From contig OZ336897.1 of assembly GCA_965287045.1 (NCBI GenBank), positions 10,726,001-10,790,000 on the forward strand: a DNA stretch of 64,000 nt, written 5' to 3'. This stretch comes from Carcharhinus amblyrhynchos (taxonomy: Eukaryota). The position numbers and the translations under genes were made by a program. Each line of letters opens with the position of its first letter. Position 1 is the stretch's first letter. Positions 34,772 to 48,535 of this stretch are shown here, piece by piece. The notes under the pieces are model-generated. The model saw only the letters and a program-made list of their open reading frames with translations. It did no database searches and was not told the origin of the DNA.

Positions 34772-36302
34772 ACAGAACATAGAACAGTACAGGCCCTTGG
34801 CCCACTGTTGTGCTGAGTTATGTCCAAACCCAAGATCAAGCTATCCCACTCGCTATAATTCTAGTATGCTCCATGTGCCTACCCAATAACTGCTTGGAAG
34901 TTCCTAAAGTGTCAACTCCACTATCACAGCAGGCAGTGTAATCCAAACCCCAACGAGTCTGAGTGAAGACATCCCTCCTAATATCTTCCACCATGAACCT
35001 TATAGTTATGCCCCCTAGTAACAGCTACATCCACCCGAGGAAATAGTCTCTGCACATCCACTCCATCAACCCCTCTCATCTTATAAACCTCTATTAGGTC
35101 GCCTCTCATCCTCCTCTGCTCTGGAGAGAAAAGCCCCAACTCCCTCAACCTTTCCTCATAAGACCTACCCTCCAAACCAGGCAGCATCCTGGTAAATCTC
35201 CTCTGCACTCTCTCCAATGCTTCCACATCCTTCTTTTAGTGAGGTGACCAGAACTGCGCACAGTATTCCAAATGTGGTCTCACCAACATCCAGTACAGTT
35301 GCAGCATAACCCCACTGCTCTTAAACTCAAACCCCCTGTTAATAAATGCTAACACACTATAACTCTTCTTCACAGTTCTATCCACTTGAATGGCAACCTT
35401 CAGAGGTCTGTGGATATGAACCCCAAGATCTCTCTGTTCCTCCACACTCCTCAGAACCCTGCCTTTGATCCTATAATCCGCATTCAAGTTTATCCTACAA
35501 AAATGAATCACCTTGCACTTATCAGGGTTAAACTCCATCTGCCACTTTTCTGCCCAGCTTTGCATCCTGCACGAGCCCTCCACCTCACTCACCAGTCCAC
35601 CAAGTCTTGATGTCATCAGCAAATTTACTAACCCACCCTTCAGACTGCTCTGTGATTTTTATTAATGACTTGGAAGAGCGGTCTGAGGCCAGTTACCAGC
35701 GGTGTACCACAGGGGTCAGTGCTGGGTCCTCTGCTATTTGTGATTTTTATTAATGACTTGGAAAATAGCAGAGGACCCAGCACTGACCCCTGTGGTACAC
35801 CGCTGGTAACTGGCCTCCAGTCTGAAAATTTTCCTTCCACCACCACCCTCTGTCTTCTATGAGACAGCCAGTTACTTATCCAATCGGCCAAATTTCCTTC
35901 TATCCCACACCACCTTATCTTTTTCATAAGCGTACCATGGGGAACTTTATCAAATGCCTTACTAAAATCCATGTATACGACATCAACTGCTCTACCTTCG
36001 TCTACACACTTAGTTACCTCCTCAAAGAATTCAATCAAATTTGTGAGGCAGAACTTACCTCTCACGAAACTGTGCTATCCTGGATTAAACTGCATCTTTC
36101 CAAATGGTCGTAAATCCTATTTCAGGCCCCTTTCCATTAACTTACCGACCACCGAAGAAAGACTAACTGGCCTATAATTACCAGGGTCATTCCTATTTCC
36201 TTTCTTGAAGAGAGGAACAAAATTTGCCACTCTCCAGTTCTCTGGCACAATACCTGTGGACAGCTTGGGCCCAAAGATCAAAGCTAAAGGCTCTGCAATC
36301 TC
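34772..36302 (-). mobile_element. CR1 LINE, 5'-truncated and frameshifted, with an internal fold-back rearrangement
   Basis: Minus ORFs 36117-36401, 35640-36065, 35236-35622 and 34978-35226 are consecutive RT pieces. Antisense tail acagaacatagaacagtacag. Confidence 0.94.
35685..35817. repeat. Perfect 55-bp inverted repeat with 23-nt spacer
   Basis: 35685-35739 is the exact reverse complement of 35763-35817. Confidence 0.95.
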
Positions 36303-37338
36303 AAACCAAACAAAAACATTGCTAACCGCATTCTCTTTTTCAAGCTTCACTTCAACATCACTGTCAAACCTTTGCTCCAGAAAAAGTCCATCCTTGGCCA
36401 AATCATCAGATCTTGGAACATCCTATTCCTCTAAGGCCTTTGGATATATTGTTAAGCATCAAATCTCTCCAATCCCAATGTCAAAATGATGTCAAACAGT
36501 TGTGAATGAAATTTTTTGTAACTGCAATGCATCAGCCCCACCTCGTCCCCCTCAACTTTTACAGCAAGTGATACGAATAATAATATAAATCCCCTTCATC
36601 ACCTACACTTTCAATATCCAACTTAACTGCCATGGTTTCACTCCTATTAGACTGCAGCCACTAATAGCTCATTTTTCTTGTCTTCACTGTATCAACCAAA
36701 GAACTATCCTTACTCTTTTCCAAATGCTACCGTTACCGACATTATTGGTAATCACAAGATTAGGCTGCACAGTCATACCAAAGACATCTAATTCTACCTC
36801 ACATATTCAAACTGTTCAGCTGAAATTGTTATGGTTGAATCACTACTTGATCCCAAAAGAAATTCAAGAATGTAACTAGTGTATTTTATGACTTATTCAT
36901 GATAACTAAGCTTGAAGAGATCTTCATAAGAACACCAGAGTCAAGCTTTGATAATTTATGAGATACCAGTTACCAAAATAAAACTTATCTGAGACTTACG
37001 AGCTAGCAAATAGGATAAAGGCAAACTGCAATAGCACAACTGCAAATAAAGGCATGAAAAGTACGAATGTTTCTTTTTAGCTGCCAACTGGTTGTTCTTC
37101 ATTGTAAAGCCCCAAGCAGAATGGCAAGTGGAATTTTCTAAGCCTTGTGCACAAACAAAAACTCTGTTATAACAGCCTTATAAACACCCTAACCAAGGGG
37201 GTGGAACTTGGAATATAGCATGAACAATTATCCCATTTTTAAAAGATATTGAGCTGTGTTCCCTAGTTCTGGGGTGTCCCTTCAACATCCACCTTGTGTG
37301 TAGGGAAAACTACTTAAAAATAAAGGCTGCCCCATTTA

Positions 37339-38037
37339 CATAAGAAATAGGAAATAGGAGCAGGAGTAGGCCATCTAGCCCTTCAAGCCTGCCCCACCAT
37401 TCAATAAGATCATGGCTGATCTGTCGTGGCTCAGTTCCACATTCCCGCCCTCTCTCCATAACCCTTAATCCCCTCTCTTATCAAAAACCCATCAACCCGC
37501 ATCTTAAAAATATTTAGCGAGGTAGCCTCCACCACTTCAATGGGCAGAGAATTCCAGAGATTCACCACCCTTTGAGTGAAGAAGTTCTTCCTCAACTCCG
37601 TTCTAAACCGCCCCCCCTTTATCTTGAGGCTGTGCCCCCTAGTCCTACTGTCTTTTTTGAGCAGGAAGAGTCTCTCCACCTCTATCCTATCCATCCCATT
37701 CATCATCTTATATGTCTCAATGAGATCTCCCCTCATTCTTCTAAACTCTAACGAGTACAAGCCTAGTTTATTCAGCCTCTCCTCATAGCTCAACCCCTTC
37801 AACTCCGGCATCAGCCTAGTAAACCTCCTCTGCACTCCCTCCAAGGCCAAAATATCCTTGCGTAAGTACGGCGCCCAAAACTGCACACAGTACTCCAGCT
37901 GCGGCCTCACCAATGCCCTATACAGCCGCAGCAAGACCTCCCTACTTTTATATTCAATCCCCCTTGCTATGAAGGCCAGCATCCCATTAGCCTTCCTGAC
38001 CACCTGCTGCACCTGCAGGCTGGGTTTTTGCAACATT
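37339..38037 (-). mobile_element. Young CR1 3' end inserted into an older CR1, 5-bp TSD
   Basis: 201-aa open ORF2 C-terminus (37431-38036), flanked by attta at 37334-37338 and 38038-38042. Confidence 0.94.
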
Positions 38038-38312
38038 ATTTAAGACATAAATGAGGAGAATTTTTTTTTCTTTCAAGGGATCATAAGTCTGTGGAACTCT
38101 CTTCCACAAAGAGTGGTAAAGCAGGGTCACTGAATATTTTCAAGACCAAAGTTGCCAGATTCTTGGCTCACAATGGATCAAAGAGTATTAGGAGTAGGTG
38201 TGGAGAGAAGTAACGTGGAGGCTACAAGCAGATCAGCCATGATCTTACTGAATGGTGGAGCAGGCTTGAGGGGCTGAATGGCCGACTTCTGTTCCAAACT
38301 TGTATGTTCATG
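38038..38312 (+). mobile_element. Older CR1 3' end (host; upstream part at ~37240-37338)
   Basis: aaaataaaggctgccccattta|agacataaatgaggagaattttt rejoins across the insert. The 3' UTR ends ttgtatgttcatgtgt. Confidence 0.8.
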
Positions 38313-38404
38313 TGTGCCCCACAATAAAGTGATTCTACAACAACTGGAAGCCAAGGCAGCTGCAGACAACTTCCTTAAATTTGTAATTAAACCCAAACAG
38401 TTGC

Positions 38405-38685
38405 TACAAAGGATAAGAACAGCAGATGTATGTAAACACCACCACTTGAAATTCACCTCCAAGCCATGCGCCATCCTGATGTGGAACTTCATCGCTGTTC
38501 CTCCAATGTTATTAAGTTAAAATCTTGTTTTAACACTAATAGCACCGTGGGTGCACCTACATCACATGGACTGCAGCTATTCAAGTTGGCGGCTCTCCAC
38601 CACTACCTCAACAGCATTTAGGAGCAGGCAATAAATTCCGGCCTTGTCAGTGGCACCCACATCCCACGAAAGAACAAATTTTAAA
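38405..38685 (+). mobile_element. 3' end of an unassigned LINE (homolog at 63835-63990)
   Basis: agcaccgtgggtgcacctacatcacatggactgcagc...caataaattccggccttgtcagtggcacccacatcccacgaaagaa. Confidence 0.65.
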
Positions 38686-38995
38686 AATTGGGTTAAATAA
38701 ATTCAGGGAGCAACATACTCTTAGGATGCGGCTATTAATGGCAAAGCCTGCAATTATTGTTCATCTCCCTTGTTGTGCCAAGCCATTTGATATGACTGTG
38801 TGTTTGCAGTGCTAATTCAGAGTGCAGAGTGCAATTAAGAGTCAACCACATTAGCATAGGACCAAACTCTTGTACAGACTGGAGTAAGAGCTCAACACAT
38901 TTACTTCCCTAAAGGACATTAGTAAAAAATATGAGCCCATTGGGTTCACTATTGTCAACTCACATCTGGATTATTAATCTAAGTCATTGGGTTAC

Positions 38996-39382
38996 TTTTT
39001 TTTTTATTCGTTCATAGGATGTGGGTATCACTGGCTGGATCAGCATTTAGTGCCATCCCTAATCACCCTTGGACTGAGTGGCTTGCTAGAGCCATTTTAG
39101 AGGAAGTTAAGAATCAGTCACATTGGTCTGGTATGGAGTTACACATAGGAAGGCTGGGTAAAGACAGCAGATTTCCTTCCTCAAAGGATATTTGTGAACC
39201 AGGTGGGTTTTTTTTTTACAATAATCATCAATAGTTCCATAGTCATGATTAGACTTTTTTAATTCCAGAATTTTACTGAATTCAAATTACACCATCTGCC
39301 AAGGTGAGATTCAAACCCACATGTAACCCAGATCTCTGGATTACTAGCCCAACAACAATACTACTATCCCCCATTTTCCCCT
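38996..39382 (-). mobile_element. tRNA-derived SINE (family of 865-1195); an older copy lies at ~38720-38995
   Basis: Reverse complement of 865-1195 along its length. Confidence 0.75.
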
Positions 39383-42300
39383 ATATCACATAGTCACACA
39401 TGAGTACGCATTGCCCCATCCTCCAAACAATAGAGGGCTAAATAATCCAATGCAATATATATTTAAGAGACCACATTCTAAAGTATGTGCCAAAATTGCA
39501 ATACATCTCAATGTTAACACCCAAGCTTTACTCACAGTTTACTTGTCAACTTATCAAAAGCACTGATGCTTTATAATATATTGTAAGACACGCATTACAC
39601 CATATATAACCAATGCAATGTTCATGTTTCGCACCAAGACTTGGGGATTCTTGGTTTTCTATTTCTTAGCTTCAGATATAAATATCAACTGGGAAGCCCA
39701 GTGCTATAAAACAGAGGCTTGTTAAATCCAAACAGGAGGAGAAAAAGCAGGTCATGATGCTGCAGTATTCACCATTCTCCTGATTACAACAGATAAGCCT
39801 GACAATTCATTGCCCACCTTCTCTCTTGTCTAGAGATCCATACTGGCTACAGGGAACTTAAAATAAAACTTTTTGTCATTGTTTTTGAAGGCATGGAGAT
39901 TTTCACAACTTTTTGTTCATATGTTTCAATTGGAAAAAATAGTAAAGGCTAAACAAATGTTCACAGAAAATCACCCAGTCTTTTAAGCAATGATAAACAG
40001 TGATTTGATTATTTCCAGCAAGAATAACTGTGGTATTCATTCTACTATTAAAACCAGTTCTAATGAATCTAACACTAAATGTTGGTCAGGAGTTTAACCC
40101 CAGTATCCAAACTCAATTGGACTAGACTGCTGTAGAGGTGCACAGTTAGGTTCTGTTTTCAAAGTAGAAATCAAAGGGGAACAGCCACCCTATGAGAACC
40201 TGTTATAAACCACTTAGGTTATTCACAATAGCACTGGCATAGGTCTCAAGTAAGTTGGAATGAATTTAGCCTACATATATGTGCAAGTGAAAAAGAAAAA
40301 TCTGAATTAATTGGCAGCTACTTCATGAGTGTAATTGTTTTTATTTAAAAAGCAACTAATTTAGTGACATTGTTTGCACAGAATGAAGTGACATGCTTCA
40401 ATTCCTTATAAAGTGACTGTCTGCAAAGTGAAATTACTGTTCAGTTGGTGGAACTGAACATATTCAATTAATCTCTAAAACAGCACAGCAAGGTACTAAA
40501 GAAAAATGTACAAAAACGACATATTGGGAGGATCCTAAATTCATAAGGTTGCAGATTGTGCAAGTTATTGAAAAGGGATTATCTTAATCTTCCCCTTTAT
40601 TAATAGCCATTTAATATAACAAGCCTTCTGTTGTGTAACAGATCACGAATAAGAGATTATAACCCACAAAAAGTCACCTTGGGCCCGAGGCTGCATTGGA
40701 TAGAGAAAAAAGCAGACCTTTGGATACCAACTTACTCAACAGAACGGGATTGCCATAAAGACCTGCACAGTGCCTACACAAATACTTTTATAATTTAGAG
40801 CTGATTCATCCTAAGACTAGGGAATTTCTTTTGGGAGGGAGAGTTCAGTATCAAAACAAATGCCAGAGAAAAATTATAAAGTTTACTTTTATCTCCAATT
40901 TTGGTTACAAATAAAGTCCTCAAGTCATAGTTGCACCCAAGCTTCCATCTATTCTCCCGTGAAACATACCATTATACACAATGACTGCAAGCACAGTGGA
41001 GATAGTTTTAACTCACTCAGATAGCAGAAACTGAGCACCATGCAGCTAAAATTTCCTCCAAAAAAACCTCTCACCATTCCTGTTATATTGACTTTATAAA
41101 GATGGCTGACTCGGACAAGACAGCCTCATTAATCCAAATGCAAATATAGATCCAACAATGTAATTAAACCCCAGCGACATCTTAGTGACTAACTCAGCTG
41201 GATATAACGCAGGTAAATTTGCACTTAAAATTTGAAGTAGCATTTCTTTAAAAAAAACTTAATTTGATAATGCATACTCCTTAATGGTGACTACACAAAA
41301 ACAAAGAAACAGCTGGTGCAATATGCTTTTACATTTGTCAAATATTACCGCTTCTCATATGCTATCAGAAAATTTACTAAACTACAGTTGTAGTTGAAGT
41401 TCCAGTTCTATTCATCTTCTATCCCATCAGGCATAAATATTGTTAGCACATTATTACAAGTCTTATCACAGTATTGACTTTTGAATGAGTGGCTAAAACA
41501 TGAAGTTACTATAGTTACGTGTTCCTGAGACTCCATGACCTGATCATAGCACTGCCTTAGGGAACAATCACCATACAGTTGAAGCCTATATCAAAACGCA
41601 TACTTGAGCTAAGTACCATTCTCTTCCTGATTCAAGTCCAAACTTATCAGTGCTTTTTGTCAGGATTTAATATGCAGATCTCTTGTGCAGAATGGCTGAT
41701 CAAGACATTACCACAGAGGGGGGTTAGTTTACCACACTCCAGAATCACTCTCTCAACACTGTAAAAAGACATCCAGCAGCATCTCTCTATTTTCCACACA
41801 ATGAAGGAGGGCAGTAGCATTTCTAAGAGTCTCCTGCACCCACCACAGTTACATAGGCACACAGAATCATATAACATTCTGATTGAAGCAGCACTATAGA
41901 ATCAAATTTGTCGCTGCAATTTTAATTCAATCCATGTCAATGCAAATATCCACTCAATACTGGTGACAAACTTAATATGCTGCTGCCTCCACTCATGGAA
42001 GTATTTATCAAAAATTCTCAAACTGCTGCATGTATGAAATTCAAATGCAGAATTAACCATTTGTTCATCCAGGTTTGCTGATGCACACTTGCAGCAACAT
42101 CTACGGTTTTTATTAATGATGCTCCAGCATAGTTTCTCCTTTTGCATTTCCAATACCACAATGGTCAAACTTAAAAGCCATCTGTCCTGAGGAAGGCTAC
42201 AGCTGCATCCTGTTATGCCACGCAACTAAAAATATATTTATGACCCCCACACATAGCAGAGAACAAATAAATGATTCTAGCATCATTTTTGATTAGATTT

Positions 42301-45194
42301 AACTGCAGGCACATTAAGTAGCATGATCTAGTGTACATATGCCATCAATTCTACTCTTTATCCATGACTCTCGTAAATTAAGTTAAAACTACAGAAGCAA
42401 CATTAGTTTATCGTATTTCTGACAGAAAAACATTTAAGTATCTTGAAAACAAATGTCACAGGTCTTTTGGTACTTCTGCCAAACTGTTGCATGGAGAGAT
42501 CCAAGTTTCTGTTTTCAACCTTCACTCTGTTAAATAATTTCTGACATGTCAGAGATCGATCGGATCCAATACTGCAGAGGTAGAATGCTAAACAATTGAA
42601 TAGGTCAGGTACGCAGTCACCTCCGATGAATATGTACAACATGCCACAACAAATTTGACTATGATCTGATTATTGAATTGATCAGACACACCCTATCATA
42701 CTTACATAGGCACATCAATAAGGTACAGACAGCCAAGCTCTCAGGATATGATTTTAAAAACTTGGACCAAAAAAACTTGAATGAACACCAAGACTGCAGC
42801 TTTAAATGTGACTTTAAAAATTAGATTACTACTCGATCACAGCTCTCTCACAATAATTATTGTCTCAAAGTAATGCGCTATTCTCCAAAAGATTGCACAC
42901 TGCTCATAATCCCAATGTCCAGCAGAAATTCTGCACTATTTCACATCTAGACTACCAGGAGTAGAATAAGCAACTGAAAATGTCATGATAGTGATAAACT
43001 GATAACTATGAATTGGATAAACCATAATAACATTGATTCTTCCCACCCCCACTATGTTTACAAAGCAATGGAAAGGAAAAAATGCAAAATATGTGAAAGT
43101 TTGAATGTCACTTCACTTGAAAAGTAAACCTTGTCAGGATATCTTAACATAAAAAGCAACATTGACTTAATTTGAAAAAACTCATTATTTTCTAATAGCT
43201 TACCCTGATCCTCCACCCTTCGAGCAGCTTCCATTTTAGATTCCAAGCTCAGTTTGCTCTACGAGACTAAGGCCAGTAACCATTTTTATGATTTTGTAAA
43301 TGTATTCGAAAGGAAATATTTGTTCATTGAACTCTACAGGCTTTTCACAGGCCACTTCGGATGTTGAGAACAAGACTTCTTTTGTGTTAAAAGACTGCAC
43401 ATTCTCATTTTATACTGCATGTTTGTCACCTTGCCTCCTGAAAATGAGGCAATTCTTCAGAATTTAAGATCACATTCACCAGAAACTCAGATACAATTAT
43501 GCTAATTTCAACTAGCTAGAAAGAGACCATCTGCAATTTTTATGTTACATATGAAAGGCGGGATCATTTTTATAAAGGATTTTTCATACATAATTTAGAG
43601 TACGAGAATAGATGTGCATTAATATTGTAGTTTTTCACTGGGGATTGATCAGAGAAGCTGCCAAGACAATGGAATTAGTTAGGAATCTTTTTGTGCCAAT
43701 TTTGACATTAGCTTTGTCCTAAAGGCCAACCAACTGATCTAAAACAAAGCTGCCTACATTCATTTTACAGCCGATAAGAACACTTCATCCCATCTGTCTT
43801 GGTAAATTTCAATGCCAAGACAGAGACCACATTTTACAACCACTGTGCATGTATCAAACCCCCTCTTCATCAACTTCCTGGCTATTCTTTCATTTACTGC
43901 AACAGGTAGATTCACAATAAATCGGAACAAAGCAAAAAGTATGCTGTATGCCGAACAATTTATTTCAGTATAAATGTGGGCATTTGTACTGTGAAAACAA
44001 TTCTATTCTGACTTAAACCATTATAGTGCCAATCAACAGTGAATAGACTAAGCCAATGACCATTTGCTAAAAAATCCGTTGTAGTAGTCCATAGATACAG
44101 GTGCGTACATATAAACATTTAGAACTGTGCAGTGTTTCTGCAAAAGCATACTGGTCGGCCAATACTAGCTCTAACTGCAAGAAACTAAAGTGTTGGTCAA
44201 GTCATCGGCCTCTAGAAAACACAAGTCAGGCATTAAGGCATTTGGGGCAGCAACCATACTACCTTGGATCTAACACTCAACAGCAATACTGTGCCTCTCA
44301 GATATAAATAATTGAGTTTGAGCCCTGAATCCAAGAGGAAAAAGAAGGAAGTGAAGTAACCACTTCTAGTGGAAAGGCAAAAATATATCTGAACACTTCA
44401 ACATGCTCCACGAACAGAGGACAAATATTTCCTCTTTTCTCAAAAAGACAAATGAAATGACACTACAAGCTACAGTGCTCAAGATAGATTTTCTAACGTA
44501 CTGGTTGCCATGCATTGGATGCATTTCAAATCATTCTTGGCTGTTCCCCTGTTGCATTTTCAACTTTCAATAGCTATCCTTTGAACCATCTGCCACAGCC
44601 CAATATCATTTGGCATTCCTTACGCATTTTTATCCTCAACAGATCTGATCATTCCAGTGCTTCCTACCCAGCTCCATCAGTATGCAACTGCGATCTAACC
44701 TCACCCAGCACCTGCTAACCTCCATTGCACCCATAAGTAATGGACAAGGGTACCAAGAAAAGCTGACAGTGGATTTACAACAATAAAGGTGACAGGAAAC
44801 CCTCAGGTGGCTCAGTTATTAACTGGATGTGCTGTACTCTCCTGAGCATCATTTACCTGTTTTATTTTACTGCGGTTTCCAGACAAAAGAATAAACCTTT
44901 ATGCAGTTTGCTTAGTGTAGCTTAAGGTAATTGTGTCAATTTTAAATGTGTTCAAACATGTATCTTCTAAGGCATCAGACCAAAGTTGTGGGGGATGGTA
45001 CCAAGTCATCTTTGAAATATGCATGCAACTTGCAGCTCAACCATACAGAACCGAGGAGTGCAGGTTCAATTCCCAGTACGAGTTGTTAGCAGTAGGGGGC
45101 AGTTATTCGACACCACCCAGGGAAAAGCAATTCACTTGATTGGCATTCCTGTCATTGAACTCATCATCTACGTCTTCCAAGAGACTCTGACTGA

Positions 45195-45400
45195 GTATAA
45201 TCACAGAATTATGGTGCAGAATGAGGCCATTCAGCCCACTGTGCCGGCACTGGCTCTCCAAATGAGCATTAGGAAAATGTCATTTTCCTGCCTTTACCAA
45301 GTACCTTTGTACATTGTTTCTATTCAAATAATCTAATGTCCTCTTGAATGTCTTAGTTGAACCTTCCTCAAACACTCTGAGTCAGTGCATTCCATGCAAG
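45195..45400 (-). mobile_element. CR1 3' UTR fragment
   Basis: atcacagaattatggtgcagaatgaggccattcagcccactgtgccggcactggctctc. Confidence 0.65.
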
Positions 45401-46364
45401 ATCGCCAGGATCCAGCACAGTAATGCATTAAGGTTAGTTCAACAGTAGTCGCACACTGCAACATCTATCTTCGAGAATAAAAACAGTAATGTCATGCAGC
45501 ACCCAGCAGTCTGACTTACAAACATCACCAGCTTTTCATAGTCACTGAGTCAATTACCAAACATCAATGAGAAAGGTTGTCATCATCATTAGTAAGATAC
45601 AGTAGAACTCCTTTGGATCAATATAATTTTACAATGGCACTATCAGGTCAAAATCAGGACTGGCACAGCACTATTTTTAATACAAGAAAAAGTTTTTTTC
45701 TAAAACTGGCAAAAAACAGCTGAAATAAATAATGAAGAATTGGTGATGGAGATCATGGAGGAATGAGAGAAAACAATCAATACTTCCACTGCCCCCAGCT
45801 ACCCTGGTATTAGTGTTAGAAAATGTACTTCACTGTACATCACCTAACAACATGATCTAACTGAGCAGAGGTGGTCTGGACAGGGGAATCAAATGCCACC
45901 AGTAATTTGGATCAGACACCGGAATACAACTGGCAATGACAGAATCAGAGTCTACATCAGTGGGGAGCAACATGTCTTCCTCAGCCTCATGCAGCCCATC
46001 AGGGTACTGAGTGTGACATGTTATTATTGACTGTTGACCGTGCAGAAGGTTGCCAGATTCTGCAAATTTCTGTCTGGGTACTTTTTTTCCCCCAAACTGG
46101 TATGACTAAAGTGATGCACAAAGCGAGGGCATGCAAAGTGCAGTGTGCACAACAATGACTGAGAGAGCCATACACTCCATGTCAATTCCAAACTTTTTCT
46201 TTAGTTTTTGCCATTCAACAGTTCTATCAATATATGAAGGATTCAGCATTTTCTCCACCTCATTATCAAATATCCAGCATATACTAAATGTATCCTTCTC
46301 TGAGGGTACTGCACCTGTGAAATTCTTTATTGCACAGGGCTGTAAAGGCTGGGGCATTATGTTC

Positions 46365-46530
46365 AAGACTGAGATAGTTTTTTTTAATCAGTAAGGGGAT
46401 TAAGGGCTATAGGGACATGGCAGGAAAGTGAAATTGAGGAATATATCAGATCAGTCATGTTCTCATCGAAGGGCAGAGCAGACTCAATGGGCCGAATTGC
46501 CTACTTCTGCTCCTATGTCTTACGGTATTC
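46365..46530 (+). mobile_element. CR1 3' terminal fragment
   Basis: gtaaggggattaagggctataggg...gggccgaattgcctacttctgctcctatgtcttacggt. Confidence 0.8.
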
Positions 46531-48199
46531 AATCTTATTCATGACGTCATGGTTAGTAAACAAGCCTGATTTCAATCTTGCAGCCCACTGAGATGACTGA
46601 GGGCCACACATGCAGTTCACTCACTAACTTGGGTTGTTCATCACTGGTCTATATCATAGAGAGACATAAAATTAGAAAATTAAAAGGAAAACCAGGATAG
46701 TCATAAGGGGTTAAACTATAGGAGACACATTTCAAAGATTACTTGCTACCATCCCCCACAACTGCCTGTCCGCTGTACTTTGGTCAAGCCCCTAGAAGAC
46801 ATGCTTGAACGGATTTAAAATTAGCACAATTGCACTGAGCTACACTAAGCAAACAGCGTAAAGGTTTGTCCTTTCATTTGGAAATCACAGTAAAATAACA
46901 CAGATAAATGATGCTAAGGAGAATACAGCACATCCAGTTAATAAGGCAATGTCCATTGCAATCTTTCAGATAAACAGTAAAAAAAATTCAACATTCAAAA
47001 CTGGATGCTGCATTTCAGTTTCAAGGAACGGAAATAGTTTTCAACAAAATATTCAACAAAAATTATAAACATTTATTTTTAAACAGGATGTGCTCAAATA
47101 AATGGGTAACGTGTTAAATAAAAGGAAACAACTCCATTTTCAAAATGCAATAATAAAGAATTCATCACTGGAAGCAAACACTATATTAATGATGTTGGAT
47201 TAATCTCTTGGGCCTCATTTATATTCACAAGGTTAATCCCTGATGAGATTCACCAATGCTGTCAAACTGCAGTGTTATGCATTTTGGTTCAATTCCAAGA
47301 CAGTAGTCAACAAACAACATGAAAACAGATTGCACTGTGTACAGTTACACATCTAGCTATAGAATAGCACACCTTATTGAATAATAAATTTAGCAGTCTC
47401 ATAATAATTGACCTTAAAGGTGTTCAAAGTTAAGAATTTTGGTGACAAAAGGTTTACACAGCTGATTTGTTCTTTCAAAAATCAGGTTAAAACCCTCAAA
47501 AAGCAACTTTGGAACTTAGACGATTATGTTTCATCAAGAAAAACAATTTCCCATTCTACATAAATATTAGCCAAAGAAATTTCATCCCTTCACCACACTA
47601 CTCCTGAAGGTGTGAACGTGTAATCAGTTACTCCCAGTAGGAATCATAGGTAATCCACCACCTAACAGAAACAACTATGTACATGTGTGCGTGTATGCAA
47701 TGCTTTTTAAGCTGACCTCACAGAACACTGCAATTGAGACTTTTTAAAAATATATTTTCAAAGGCTGTTACAGCTAAGAAACATTTGCATTGAAAAGACA
47801 TACACTGGACACAGGTGAATACGTTTTGACTAATGCTAAACAAAGCATTATTTAAATATTTAATGCGCAACCCGTGCAGATTCCAAATAGGACAATGGAG
47901 AGGCAATGGTGGCGGTACCCTCAGGCTAACAAAGGAAAAAAATGCACACAGTTCCCACTCCTGATCATTATCCAACAACTGCATGGCTTCAGAGGGTAAC
48001 AGACTATGTTGAGGTTCCAATATGTTCTTGTTACTGAATAGCTTCTGACACACTCACCTACGTTCACATCAACAATACCAACTTGCACAAGGTATTGGAG
48101 GGGAAGCAGAAGTCGAGAATGTATACTCTAGCGAAGAGCCAATATCTTCAGGACAAAAGGGAAGAAAATTAGCAATGAGAATTGAGGAAAGTTGATAAC

Positions 48200-48535
48200 T
48201 TTTTTTAAATTCTTTCATGGGATGTGGGTGTTGCAAACAAGGCCCTCGAACTGACTGTTTTGCAATGCTATTTCAGAGAGCTGTTAAGAGTCAACCACAT
48301 CGCTGTGGGTCTGAAGTCACGTGTGGGCTCGAACAAGTAACGATAGCAGATTTCGTTCCCCAAAAGTGCATTCGGTTTTTACAATAAACCAGATTTCAAT
48401 TCCAGACTCTATTAATTAATTGAATTTAAATTCTATCAGTCGCCATGGTGGTTTTCAATGCACATCCCTACAACATTAGCCTGGGCCTCTGGATTAATAG
48501 TCTAATGATATTACCACTATGCCTCCATCTCCCCA
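48200..48535 (-). mobile_element. tRNA-derived SINE (family of 865-1195)
   Basis: ttctttcatgggatgtgggtg...gttaagagtcaaccacatcgctgtgggtctgaagtcac...ttaccactatgcctccatctcccc. Confidence 0.75.
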
